Made by a program: the position numbers and the translations under genes. A stretch of 64,000 nt of DNA from Gemmatimonadota bacterium (lineage in GTDB: Bacteria > Gemmatimonadota > Gemmatimonadetes > Longimicrobiales > RSA9). Positions 1 to 8,813 of the stretch are shown piece by piece. The stretch is from the NCBI GenBank assembly GCA_040905425.1, contig JBBDRO010000032.1, positions 63,726 to 127,725 on the forward strand. Direction: 5' to 3'. Under the pieces are notes generated by a model, which saw only the letters and a list, made by a program, of their open reading frames with translations, was not told the origin of the DNA and did not search any database. The number at the start of each line of letters is the position of its first letter. The first letter of the stretch is position 1.

Positions 1-1198
1 GAAACGCCCCCTGATTGCTCCCGCCCGCGCGATACTTCTTGCAATTGCGGCACTCGCGCCGGTCCTCACGGGGGGCTGCGGCAACGAGGAGCGCTCCGGC
101 GTGACGGTCGTCCATGAACTCAGGGGAGACACCGTGCTCATGGTGTCGAGCGGGGAGCCCGAGCGAGTGCGGGTCGAGGAGGTAGAGGTGCTCTGGCAAT
201 CGGACGAGTTCGAGGGGATACTCCCGAGAATGGCCCGAGTCGGCGATCACCTGGTGATTGGCGACCTGTTTCGGATTCACGTGGTTTCTCTCGAAGACGG
301 TGGCGCGCACACCTTCGGCCGACAAGGGCAGGGGCCGGGAGAGTTCGGGGGAGCCATTTGGTCTGTTGGTGGATTCGGGCCTGAAACCTTCGCGGCTTAT
401 GACGGAAGCAATACGCTCCTCTTTTCGCTGGAAGGGGAGTTTCTCGATTCGCATGAACCGACCCCGCGGCTCCCCTTCACTCAGCCCGTCATGGGAGGCT
501 CCGCGAGGGACCGGCCTTCGTATCCACTCGTAAAGTCCGGGAGTGGTGTGCTGTGGGAGAAGGCCAGTAGCTGGGAAGAAAAAGAAGGCACGGGGATCGA
601 GCGAAAGGCTCTCCTCTGGCATGATTTGGAGGCGGACACGGCGGCAGTCCTCGAGACATGGGATTATATTCGGGACCCGGGGGCCGCCTTCGGGGAGTTG
701 GTCAAGCACGCGATCGCCTCTGATGGTCGGGTAGCGACAGGGTACCCCGCCGATTACTGCATACGGCTCTTCCACGCGTTCGAGGAGGGCGGCCGCACCG
801 GGTGCCGCGAGCGATCTCGGGTAGCGATCGAGGCGAGCTTCAACGACGTTTCCGGACTCGACTGGGCGGGGCGGGACCAGTTGGCCCAGGAACTCAAGGC
901 GAACCCCGTGGGCGGCTTCCTGCCACACTTTGATCGGCTTCTTTTCAGCGCATCCGGCGACCTGTGGGTAAATCTGTACCACGATGAGTACGCCCATGTC
1001 CACCGCCTTTTTTACACCCTCAAAGACTGGAAACCCACCGTTCACGAGTGGGAGGTCTTCGACAGGGAGGCCGTCCTCGTACGCCACGTAACGCTTCCGG
1101 GCGCCTTCGATCTCCGGGTGATCGGGGATGGGGAGGGCTTCGGTTTCCTCACCCTCGACACGGGCGAGGTCGTGATCGGCAGGGTCGACCTGACTTAA
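1..1198 (+). CDS. 6-bladed beta-propeller lipoprotein (5' truncated by window edge)
   Basis: Frame of ORF 101..1198 is open back to position 2 (KRPLIAPARAILLAIAALAPVLTGGC, signal peptide and lipobox-like Cys); contains GRQGQGPGEF motif and the C-terminal W-x-V-F-D pattern shared with the neighbouring paralogs. Confidence 0.75.
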   Translation, partial: KRPLIAPARAILLAIAALAPVLTGGCGNEERSGVTVVHELRGDTVLMVSSGEPERVRVEEVEVLWQSDEFEGILPRMARVGDHLVIGDLFRIHVVSLEDGGAHTFGRQGQGPGEFGGAIWSVGGFGPETFAAYDGSNTLLFSLEGEFLDSHEPTPRLPFTQPVMGGSARDRPSYPLVKSGSGVLWEKASSWEEKEGTGIERKALLWHDLEADTAAVLETWDYIRDPGAAFGELVKHAIASDGRVATGYPADYCIRLFHAFEEGGRTGCRERSRVAIEASFNDVSGLDWAGRDQLAQELKANPVGGFLPHFDRLLFSASGDLWVNLYHDEYAHVHRLFYTLKDWKPTVHEWEVFDREAVLVRHVTLPGAFDLRVIGDGEGFGFLTLDTGEVVIGRVDLT

Positions 1199-1382
1199 TC
1201 AGCTGTGCCCCCGAACTGAGTTATATGAACAGGCGAAACGTTTGGGGGCGGCAAAATGGGTTCTAAGCTGAAAAGCCTCGTGACAGGGTAAGCGGCCCCG
1301 TGATTTGGCCTGGCGGCTGAGGTGACATGAAGATGATCCCGTTGGCGTAGACGTGTCGCCAAGCTTTTCCGCCTGTTCGGGC

Positions 1383-2588
1383 ATGCGCCAGCGCGCGCCA
1401 TCGATCCGCCGCGCCGCCACGGTACTCGCCGCCTGTCTGCTCACGGCGTGCGGTGCCGCGGACGTCCTCCCCGGGGAGACGGCGGTCACCGACAGCGCCG
1501 GTGTCCGTCTTGTGCACAGCGCCGCGCCGCGCCACGCCCTGGATGCGGCCCCTCGACTGAGCGCCGAGCCGGAGCTGGTGATCGGGGTGCGCGACGGCGA
1601 CCCCGTCTACCAGTTCAGCGGCCTGCGCGGTTCGCGCCTGCGAGAAGACGGTGGTGTGGTGGTGATCGACGCGTCCCGTCAGATCCGCTATTTCGACCGG
1701 GTGGGGCGGCATGTGCGTACCGTGGGCGGGCAGGGTGGTGGTCCGGGAGAGTTCCAGGGGCCGATGAGTCTCATGACGTTGCCGGGGGACTCGCTCATGG
1801 TCAGCGATTTCCAGCTGCGGCGGGCCACCGTCCTGGATCCCGAGGGGACGGTGTTGGAGGTGTTCCCGCTGCCGCGTGTAGGCTTGCCCCCACCCCAGCT
1901 GGTGGACGTGCTGCCGGACGGACGGCTCCTCCACAGCGTCACCGACCGGCCCGAGGGCTGGCCGACCGGCGTCGTGGAAACCACCTACATCTACACGGCG
2001 GTCGCGCCCGGGCGCGCGGCCGTGGACACGCTCTTCGTGCGCGGCCGCCCCGCCATGTTCGGCGTGGGCAACGGCATGATCAGCCTGCCGTACGCGCGTG
2101 GTTTCAGCGCCAGGGTGGATGGAGAGACGCTGCTGGTGGCGGACGGTCAGGCGGGCGCGGTCGAACGCATCTCCCTGGACGGTCTGGTCCTGGCGCGCTA
2201 CTCGTGGGCCGCGTCGCGGCTCCCTGTGACGGAGTCGATGAAGGATGCCCACCGCCAGCAGCGCGCCCCGAGTGTCGCTCGGATGACGGGTGGCTCGGCC
2301 GAGGGTGTCCTGGACGACCTTCCTTTCCCTGATTCGCTACCCGCGTTCGACTCCATGAGGCCAGACCGCGGCAGCGGCCGGATCTGGCTGCGCCGGTTCG
2401 TCGTGGATGCCACCCCCCACGTCTGGACCGTGTTGGACACCGATGGCAGCTGGCTGGCCGACGTCGAGATGCCACCCGGTTTCAGTCTGTCCGATATCCT
2501 CGACGGGCGGATCGTCGGTGTCTGGTGGGACGAGTTCGACGTGCCCTACGTGCACGTCTACGCCTTGCATGGCCTGGCCGCCCCCTAG
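1383..2588 (+). CDS. 6-bladed beta-propeller lipoprotein
   Basis: Lipobox LLTAC, DSAGVRLV, GGQGGGPGEF, WTVLDTDG, DEFDVPYVHVY; ATG at 1383. Confidence 0.8.
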   Translation: MRQRAPSIRRAATVLAACLLTACGAADVLPGETAVTDSAGVRLVHSAAPRHALDAAPRLSAEPELVIGVRDGDPVYQFSGLRGSRLREDGGVVVIDASRQIRYFDRVGRHVRTVGGQGGGPGEFQGPMSLMTLPGDSLMVSDFQLRRATVLDPEGTVLEVFPLPRVGLPPPQLVDVLPDGRLLHSVTDRPEGWPTGVVETTYIYTAVAPGRAAVDTLFVRGRPAMFGVGNGMISLPYARGFSARVDGETLLVADGQAGAVERISLDGLVLARYSWAASRLPVTESMKDAHRQQRAPSVARMTGGSAEGVLDDLPFPDSLPAFDSMRPDRGSGRIWLRRFVVDATPHVWTVLDTDGSWLADVEMPPGFSLSDILDGRIVGVWWDEFDVPYVHVYALHGLAAP

Positions 2589-2691
2589 CCGCAGCCTCGG
2601 AACGAGTAAACGCGCCCCGGGGCACCCGGCGCCGGCCGCGGACGACGACAACCGGCCATTTATCGGGGGCAAAAAGACGCGGGTCGGGTTA

Positions 2692-2822
2692 CCGTCGTGA
2701 TCACGACGGAAAGTGGCCACGCGTCGGTGGCGGCGGCGGAATGTTGTCCAGTTGTCGTCGTGATCACAACCATAACTGGACGGTTGCCTCCAGCGGCCCG
2801 ATTCGGGGCCACTTACCGTCGT
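2692..2822. repeat. Nested inverted repeats / imperfect ~120-bp palindrome
   Basis: Perfect palindrome CCGTCGTGATCACGACGG (2692-2709); arms ACGACGGAAAGTGGCC (2703-2718) and GGCCACTTACCGTCGT (2807-2822); inner arms GTCCAGTT (2746-2753) and AACTGGAC (2774-2781) around a second GTCGTGATCAC. Confidence 0.7.
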
Positions 2823-2899
2823 TGAGGGGGCTCTGGCCATCCGCCATGCGGGCCCCTCCCGCCATCCATCCACCATGCGCCGCATCCACCACGCGCCGC

Positions 2900-2951
2900 C
2901 CGCGCCATCCGCCCGCGCCATGCGCCACCCGCGCCATGCGCCACCCGCGCC
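2900..2951. repeat. Short GC-rich tandem repeat (CCCGCGCCATGCGCCA-like units)
   Basis: ccgcgccatccgcccgcgccatgcgccacccgcgccatgcgccacccgcgcc visible directly. Confidence 0.6.
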
Positions 2952-3072
2952 GCTCGCCGTGCGCAACCGTTGGCGAGCATCGCCGCATGCAGAAATGTGT
3001 ACACAGGCCGCGTCATTTCTCCGGCCGCCAGGGCGTTTCCCTGGGCAGACGCCTCTCGCATCGGAGGACACC

Positions 3073-4953
3073 ATGGCCGCCATCCTGACGCTCCGCTCGC
3101 TCCTGCCGCTGCCCCTGCTTCTGCTGGTCACCTCGGCCGCGCTGCAGGCGCCGCCCGTGATCACCGGCCGCGTCAGCGACGGGGCCACGGCGGCTCCACT
3201 CAACGGCGCACAGGTGCTCGTTCGGGGGACGATGCACGGCGCCCTGACCGACGCCCGGGGCACGTACCGGATCACGTTGCCCGATACACTCATCGGCCGC
3301 GAGGTCCAGCTTGCCGTGGCCGTGATGGGCTACGGTCAGGATACCCGCACCGTCCGCGTGGCGGCGGACAGCACGGTGGTGGATTTCAGCCTGAATGCGC
3401 AATCCCTCTCCCTGAAGGATGTGGTCATCACCGGCGCGGATCGGATCCAGGGCAAGAAGGTCCCTTTCTCCGTCACGCCGGAGCTCCTGTTCCGCACCGC
3501 TCGACCGGACCACAACACCGAATCCTATGCCCTCATCGAGGAGAACGGCTTCCGCGCCGCGCTGGATCACCCGCTTTCCACTTTCGGCGTGGACGTGGAC
3601 CGCGCCTCCTACGCCAACGTGCGCCGCTTCCTCCAGCGGGGGAAGCTGCCCCCGGCCGACGCGGTCCGCATCGAGGAGTTGATCAATTACTTCCCCTATG
3701 GGGATCCGCCGCCCACGGACGAGCACCCGTTTTCGGTGAACACCGAGGTGGCGGCCGCGCCCTGGCAGCCCGCCCACCAGTTGCTGCGCATCGGCCTGCA
3801 GGGCCGGCAGGTGGCCACCGCTGATCTGCCGCCCGCCAACCTGGTCTTCCTCATCGACGTGTCCGGCTCCATGCGGACGCCCAACAAGCTGCCGCTCGTG
3901 AAGCGGGCGCTGGCCATGGTGGTGGACGAGCTGCGCCCGCAGGACCGCGTGGCGATCGTGGTATACGCGGGCGCCACGGGCCTGGCGCTGCCGAGCACGA
4001 GCGGAGCCGACAAGGCCGCCATCCGCGCCGCCATCGACCGGCTCGAGGCGGGGGGCAGCACCGCGGGCGGCGCCGGCCTGCGCCTGGCCTACCGGGTTGC
4101 CGCCGAGCACCACATACCCGGCGGCATCAACCGCGTGGTGCTGGCCACGGACGGGGACTTCAACGTGGGCGCCTCGAGTGACGCCCAGATGATCCGCCTG
4201 GTCGAGCAGGCCAGAGAGGGCGGCACGGCGCTCACCGTGCTGGGCTTCGGCATGGGCAATCTAAAGGATTCCAAGCTGGAGGGCCTGGCCGATCACGGGA
4301 ACGGGAATTACGCGTACATCGATGACCTGGCGGAGGCCCGCAAGGCGCTGATCGAAGAGCGCGGCGGCACCTTCTTCACCCTGGCCAAGGACGTCAAGAT
4401 CCAGGTGGAGTTCAATCCGGCGTTCGTACATGCATATCGTCTTATTGGCTACGAGAATCGCCTGCTCGACGCCGAGGACTTCGAGGACGATGGCAAGGAC
4501 GCGGGGGACCTGGGTGCCGGCCACGCCGTGACCGCGCTCTACGAAATCGTCCCGGCGGGTGTCGAGCATACGGTGAAAACCGGGAGTACGCCGCCGCTCC
4601 GCTATCAGGGGGAGCGCACGGCGGACGGCGTACGCTTCAGCGATGAGCTGGCCTTCGTGAGCCTGCGCTACAAGCCGCCCGAGGAGGACGTGAGCCGCCT
4701 GGTGCAGCTGCCTGTAGCCGCCGCTTCGGAGACGCCTTCCGCCGACCTACGCTTCGCCGCCGCGGTGGCTGGCTTCGGCATGATCCTGCGGGATTCGGAG
4801 CATCACGGGCGGCTCGACTATGCCGGCGTGCTGGAACAGGCGGCTGGCGCCCTCGGGGAGGATCCCGGCGGCCACCGGGCGGCCTTCCTGGAACTCGTTC
4901 GCACGGCGCGGCGCGTCAGCGCCGTGACGGCCGAGGCGGGCTCCGGCGGTTGA
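3073..4953 (+). CDS. YfbK-like VWA domain protein with N-terminal carboxypeptidase-regulatory-like domain
   Basis: GGAGG RBS then ATG 3073; signal peptide; ITGRVSD..PLNGAQV domain; PLSTFGVDVDRASY, MIDAS DVSGS, LATDGDFNVG, AKDVKIQVEFNP, YRLIGYENR. Confidence 0.9.
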   Translation: MAAILTLRSLLPLPLLLLVTSAALQAPPVITGRVSDGATAAPLNGAQVLVRGTMHGALTDARGTYRITLPDTLIGREVQLAVAVMGYGQDTRTVRVAADSTVVDFSLNAQSLSLKDVVITGADRIQGKKVPFSVTPELLFRTARPDHNTESYALIEENGFRAALDHPLSTFGVDVDRASYANVRRFLQRGKLPPADAVRIEELINYFPYGDPPPTDEHPFSVNTEVAAAPWQPAHQLLRIGLQGRQVATADLPPANLVFLIDVSGSMRTPNKLPLVKRALAMVVDELRPQDRVAIVVYAGATGLALPSTSGADKAAIRAAIDRLEAGGSTAGGAGLRLAYRVAAEHHIPGGINRVVLATDGDFNVGASSDAQMIRLVEQAREGGTALTVLGFGMGNLKDSKLEGLADHGNGNYAYIDDLAEARKALIEERGGTFFTLAKDVKIQVEFNPAFVHAYRLIGYENRLLDAEDFEDDGKDAGDLGAGHAVTALYEIVPAGVEHTVKTGSTPPLRYQGERTADGVRFSDELAFVSLRYKPPEEDVSRLVQLPVAAASETPSADLRFAAAVAGFGMILRDSEHHGRLDYAGVLEQAAGALGEDPGGHRAAFLELVRTARRVSAVTAEAGSGG

Positions 4954-5026
4954 CCGCGCTCCACCTCAGCGCGCACTTTGAAGGGGCGTCCCGCAGCCAT
5001 CCCTCCCATTCGCGGAGCCCGTCACC

Positions 5027-6115
5027 ATGTTCAAGCGACGTCCAGCCGCCGTGTTCCTGGCGGCATCGATCCTCCTGGCCCTAGCCGCCTCGGCGCTCGC
5101 CCCTGCCGCTGCCGAGGCGCAGCGACCTCGGGAGCCCGTGGAGCGTAGTCTCCGCGACGTCCTGGGCGGCGTGCCCTACACCGCGGCGGACAGCATGGCC
5201 CAGCGCATCGTGGAGCGCCTGGACTTTGACAGCTACCGGGAAATCATCCGCGGCCTGGCCTCCTTCGGCGACCGCGAACAGGGCACCGAGCGCAATGCCC
5301 GCGCCGTCGACTGGATCGAGCAGCAGCTCCAGGGCTGGGGCTACGAGACCGAGCGGATCCACTACGAATTTCGGGGTGAACCGCGCGAGGAGGTCTACGC
5401 CACCAAGGTGGGCAGCACCACCCCCGGCGAAATGTACATCCTGGGCGCCCACATGGACGGGCGCGGCGGCGGCGAGGCAGTCAACGACGACGCGTCGGGT
5501 ACGGCGCTGGTCATGGAGATCGCGCGTGTTCTGGCCGGACCCGAGGTGCGGACCGACCGATCCATCCGCTTCGCACTGTGGAACAACGAGGAGACCGGGC
5601 TGAACGGCGCCCGGGCTTACGTGGAGCAGCGCGCGTCTATGCAGGGCGTCGAGGATCCCCCGGGCTCCGGCCGCTTTCCTGAGCCACGCTGGATCGGGAT
5701 GATCCAGCACGACATGATGATGTGGGACCACGGCAACCCGGTGCAGCACACGCAGGCCCTGAACGCCGACGTGGATATCGAGTTCCAGCTTGTATCCGAG
5801 AAGGCGGCGGAGTCGGCGGAACTGGCGCTCGAATTACTGAACGCCAACCGCAAGTTTGCCACGGACTATCCGGCGGCCATGAGCAACGCCATGCGGAGCA
5901 CCGATTCGGGCGCCTTCCAGGACCATGTGGCGTCCGTGAGCCTGCGTGAGAATCGCCGCGTCTACGAGACGGGCAATGCGGCCAACCCGCACTGGCATCA
6001 GCCCACGGATCTCCTGGTTACGTTCTCCGAGGCTGATTATCGTCTAGGTTTCAACGCCACCCAGACTACGCTGGGCGCCGTCTCCGTCCTGGCAGGGGCG
6101 CGCATCCAGCAGTAG
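5027..6115 (+). CDS. M28 family metallopeptidase, exported
   Basis: Signal peptide; GAHMD, NDDASG, WNNEETGL, QHDM, WHQPTD zinc-ligand motifs. Confidence 0.85.
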   Translation: MFKRRPAAVFLAASILLALAASALAPAAAEAQRPREPVERSLRDVLGGVPYTAADSMAQRIVERLDFDSYREIIRGLASFGDREQGTERNARAVDWIEQQLQGWGYETERIHYEFRGEPREEVYATKVGSTTPGEMYILGAHMDGRGGGEAVNDDASGTALVMEIARVLAGPEVRTDRSIRFALWNNEETGLNGARAYVEQRASMQGVEDPPGSGRFPEPRWIGMIQHDMMMWDHGNPVQHTQALNADVDIEFQLVSEKAAESAELALELLNANRKFATDYPAAMSNAMRSTDSGAFQDHVASVSLRENRRVYETGNAANPHWHQPTDLLVTFSEADYRLGFNATQTTLGAVSVLAGARIQQ

Positions 6116-6126
6116 AGCGTAAGCGA

Positions 6127-6160
6127 CGACGGCGGGTCCGTGCGCACGCGGGCCCGCCGT
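6127..6160 (+). terminator. GC-rich hairpin after the M28 gene (possible terminator)
   Basis: GACGGCGGGTCCG ... CGGGCCCGCCGTC inverted repeat; no clear U-tract. Confidence 0.4.
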
Positions 6161-6193
6161 CATCCCGGCCTTTCCTGCTTCCGGAGCGGGACC

Positions 6194-7501
6194 ATGCAGG
6201 CGCGCGGCCCATCTCCTTCCTCGATCCGGACCCTCGCGGTGCCGGCATTTCTGCTGGGCGCGCTGCTTGCCAGTGCCTGCGGCGACCCCCCCGCCGACCG
6301 CCTGGCCGCCTACGTCAACGTCCGCGACAGCGCCGGCATCCAGATCGTGGAGAATGGCCCGCTGGCCAGCGTGGACACGCTGGGGATCATGGTGGACAGC
6401 GCCGCGCGGTTGCGCATCGGACTGGTGGACGGGGACGCGCCTTACGTGTTCAGCCGCATCGTGGGCGCCACGCGGCTCGCGGACGGGCGGGTGGCCGTTG
6501 CGGACCAGCGCGCCGCCGAGGTGCGTTTCTTCGATGGTGAGGGGCGGTTCCTTGCGGCGGTGGGGGGCGCCGGCCAGGGGCCAGGGGAATACACCCTCTT
6601 CTCGGCCATGCATCCGTTGCAGGCTGATTCGCTGTTGATCGTTGATCATGAAGGAAACCGCTGGCATTTTTCGGATGGCACCGGCACGCCTGTGCGGACA
6701 CTCCGTGCCGTCCGTCACTCCCCTGGCGAGGATCCTTCTCGATCCCCGTATCACGTGCGCGGCAGCTACACGGACGGCACGCTGCTGGTGTCCCGGTCTG
6801 TACCCGGCTGCACCGGGGAGCCATCATTGTTCTGCGCCGATTCCGTCCGGCTTCGCCGGGTCACACGCCGGGGGGAGGTACGCGCTGATTTCGGGGTCGT
6901 CCCGCGCTGGCGCCGCTACTTCGATCGGTCGGCGGTCAATGGCAGGAACACGATAACGCTGGCGGCCGTGTTCTACCCGCAGGTCAGCTGGGCCGTGGCC
7001 GGCATGCGCACCTATATCGGCGACGGCGAGCGCTTCGAGATCCGGGTGCACGGGCCCGAAGGTCGTCTCGAGCGTCTCATCCGCGTTGACGCGCCGCCTG
7101 AACGCTATCCCGCCGAAGGCCCCACCATGCCGTTGGCCGCAGACGCCACCGCCGAGCAGCGCCAGCAGCACGCGCGGATGCTCGGTGTGACGGAGCGTGC
7201 GCCGAAGCCCGACCACCTGCCGGTGTTCACCAGCCTCGTGACCGACGAGCTCGGCAACCTGTGGGTCCATCTCGTCGGGGGTCCGAACAGCGGACTGGGC
7301 ACCGGCATGCGTTGGGCGGTATTCGACTCAGAAGGCGAACTCCGCCATCTGGTGCGAACGCCTGTCCTCAGTACTCGCAGCCCGATGACCGGCCGCGGGG
7401 CACCCGAGATCGGCGCGGACTATCTTCTCACCGAGGCCACCGACTCCTTCAACGTGCCCGTGGTCGACGTCTATCCCCTCGGCCGACGCAACGGTGGCTG
7501 A
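6194..7501 (+). CDS. 6-bladed beta-propeller lipoprotein, tandem copy A
   Basis: GGAG RBS, ATG 6194; lipobox LASAC; VRDSAGIQIVEN; GGAGQGPGEY; WAVFD; VPVVDVY. Confidence 0.8.
   Translation: MQARGPSPSSIRTLAVPAFLLGALLASACGDPPADRLAAYVNVRDSAGIQIVENGPLASVDTLGIMVDSAARLRIGLVDGDAPYVFSRIVGATRLADGRVAVADQRAAEVRFFDGEGRFLAAVGGAGQGPGEYTLFSAMHPLQADSLLIVDHEGNRWHFSDGTGTPVRTLRAVRHSPGEDPSRSPYHVRGSYTDGTLLVSRSVPGCTGEPSLFCADSVRLRRVTRRGEVRADFGVVPRWRRYFDRSAVNGRNTITLAAVFYPQVSWAVAGMRTYIGDGERFEIRVHGPEGRLERLIRVDAPPERYPAEGPTMPLAADATAEQRQQHARMLGVTERAPKPDHLPVFTSLVTDELGNLWVHLVGGPNSGLGTGMRWAVFDSEGELRHLVRTPVLSTRSPMTGRGAPEIGADYLLTEATDSFNVPVVDVYPLGRRNGG
6275..6567 (+). repeat. ~290-bp near-identical repeat (other copies at 7581-7873 and, partially, 8921-9069)
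   Basis: Reading by eye shows only scattered substitutions between the 5' coding segments of the three tandem genes. Confidence 0.9.
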
Positions 7502-8813
7502 TCTACGGCGCCGGCTCGCTGGGGTACGGTTGCGTGTCGGCTCACATGCTGCACTGTTACTGGTCGCGCAGCTTACCGCCGCCTGCGGCGACCCGCCCGC
7601 GGACCGACCGGCCGCCTACGTCAATGTCCGTGACAGCGCCGGCATCCAGATCGTGGAAAACGGCCCGCTGGCCAGCGTGGACACGCTGGGGATCATGGTG
7701 GACAGCGCCGCGCGCGTGCGCATCGGGCTGGTGGACGGGGACGCGCCTTACGTGTTCAGCCGCATCGTGGGCGCCACGCGGCTCGCGGACGGGCGGGTGG
7801 CCGTTGCGGACCAGCGCGCCGCCGAAGTGCGTTTCTTCGATGGTGAGGGGCGGTTCCTTTCGGCGGTGGGGGGGCGGGGCAGTGGCCCCGGGGAGTACAT
7901 CAATTTCTATCGCGCCTTCCGCATGCCTGGCGATTCTCTACTCATCGTGGATCACGAAGGGGGGCGCTGGCATTTTGTCGACACCCAGGGGATGGGGGCG
8001 CAGACACAGCGGCCGACCGGGTACACGTCGGCCCGGACGGGCTCTACGCAGCGGCACCGGGTCGAGACCACCTACGCGGACGGCGCCCTCCTGGTGCGGG
8101 AACCGCTTACCGACTGCTTGTCGCGGGCGATGGAAGCCGCTGGCGTATGCACCGATTCCCTCCGCCTGATGCGCATTTCACGGAACGGAGAGGTGCTCGC
8201 TGACTTCGGCGCCGTTGCGGGCCAGCAGGCCTACCGCGCGCGCATGGCGTCCGGTGTCTTCAGCGTTGTCCTGGAATTCTACGGGCAGGGCGCGTGGGCA
8301 GTGGCGGGGACGCGCACGTATATCGGAACGGGCGATGCGCTGGAACTCCGCCGCTTCGGTCCAACCGGCGCTCTGGAGCAGATCATCCGCGTGGACGAGG
8401 CCCCGGTGCCGACGTCAGCCGGCTTCGATCCTACCGAGGTGCCGGACTCAATGTTCGAGGATGAAGAAACGCGGGATAGGCATGCAGAGTGGCGCGCCAT
8501 GGCTCTGGAGGCGCCAAAACCCGCTGGTCACCCCATCTTCGAAGCATTGGTGGCTGATGCAACGGGTAGTATCTGGGTCCGCCTGACCCGCGCGACCGGA
8601 GCGGCACTGGGCCACGGCCTGCGTTGGGCTGTAATCGACTCCACGGGTACGCTCCGGCACGTGGTCCGAACGCCCCCGCTCATGCTGCCCGCATTCTTCC
8701 CGGCGGGCAGCGGGATCGAGATCGGCAAGGATTACCTGATGGCCCCCGGCATTGGAGACTACCAGGTGCCGGTGGTGGACCTCTATCCTCTCGTCCGACG
8801 AGACGATGGCTGA
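7494..8813 (+). CDS. 6-bladed beta-propeller lipoprotein, tandem copy B
   Basis: GTG start overlaps the previous stop (GTGGCTGA); lipobox LTAAC; same conserved motifs as copy A. Confidence 0.8.
   Translation: MADLRRRLAGVRLRVGSHAALLLVAQLTAACGDPPADRPAAYVNVRDSAGIQIVENGPLASVDTLGIMVDSAARVRIGLVDGDAPYVFSRIVGATRLADGRVAVADQRAAEVRFFDGEGRFLSAVGGRGSGPGEYINFYRAFRMPGDSLLIVDHEGGRWHFVDTQGMGAQTQRPTGYTSARTGSTQRHRVETTYADGALLVREPLTDCLSRAMEAAGVCTDSLRLMRISRNGEVLADFGAVAGQQAYRARMASGVFSVVLEFYGQGAWAVAGTRTYIGTGDALELRRFGPTGALEQIIRVDEAPVPTSAGFDPTEVPDSMFEDEETRDRHAEWRAMALEAPKPAGHPIFEALVADATGSIWVRLTRATGAALGHGLRWAVIDSTGTLRHVVRTPPLMLPAFFPAGSGIEIGKDYLMAPGIGDYQVPVVDLYPLVRRDDG

Noticed and set aside
2692..2830. Integron attC site
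   Set aside because: No proper RYYYAAC/GTTRRRY pair, no integrase, and no similar sites after neighbouring genes
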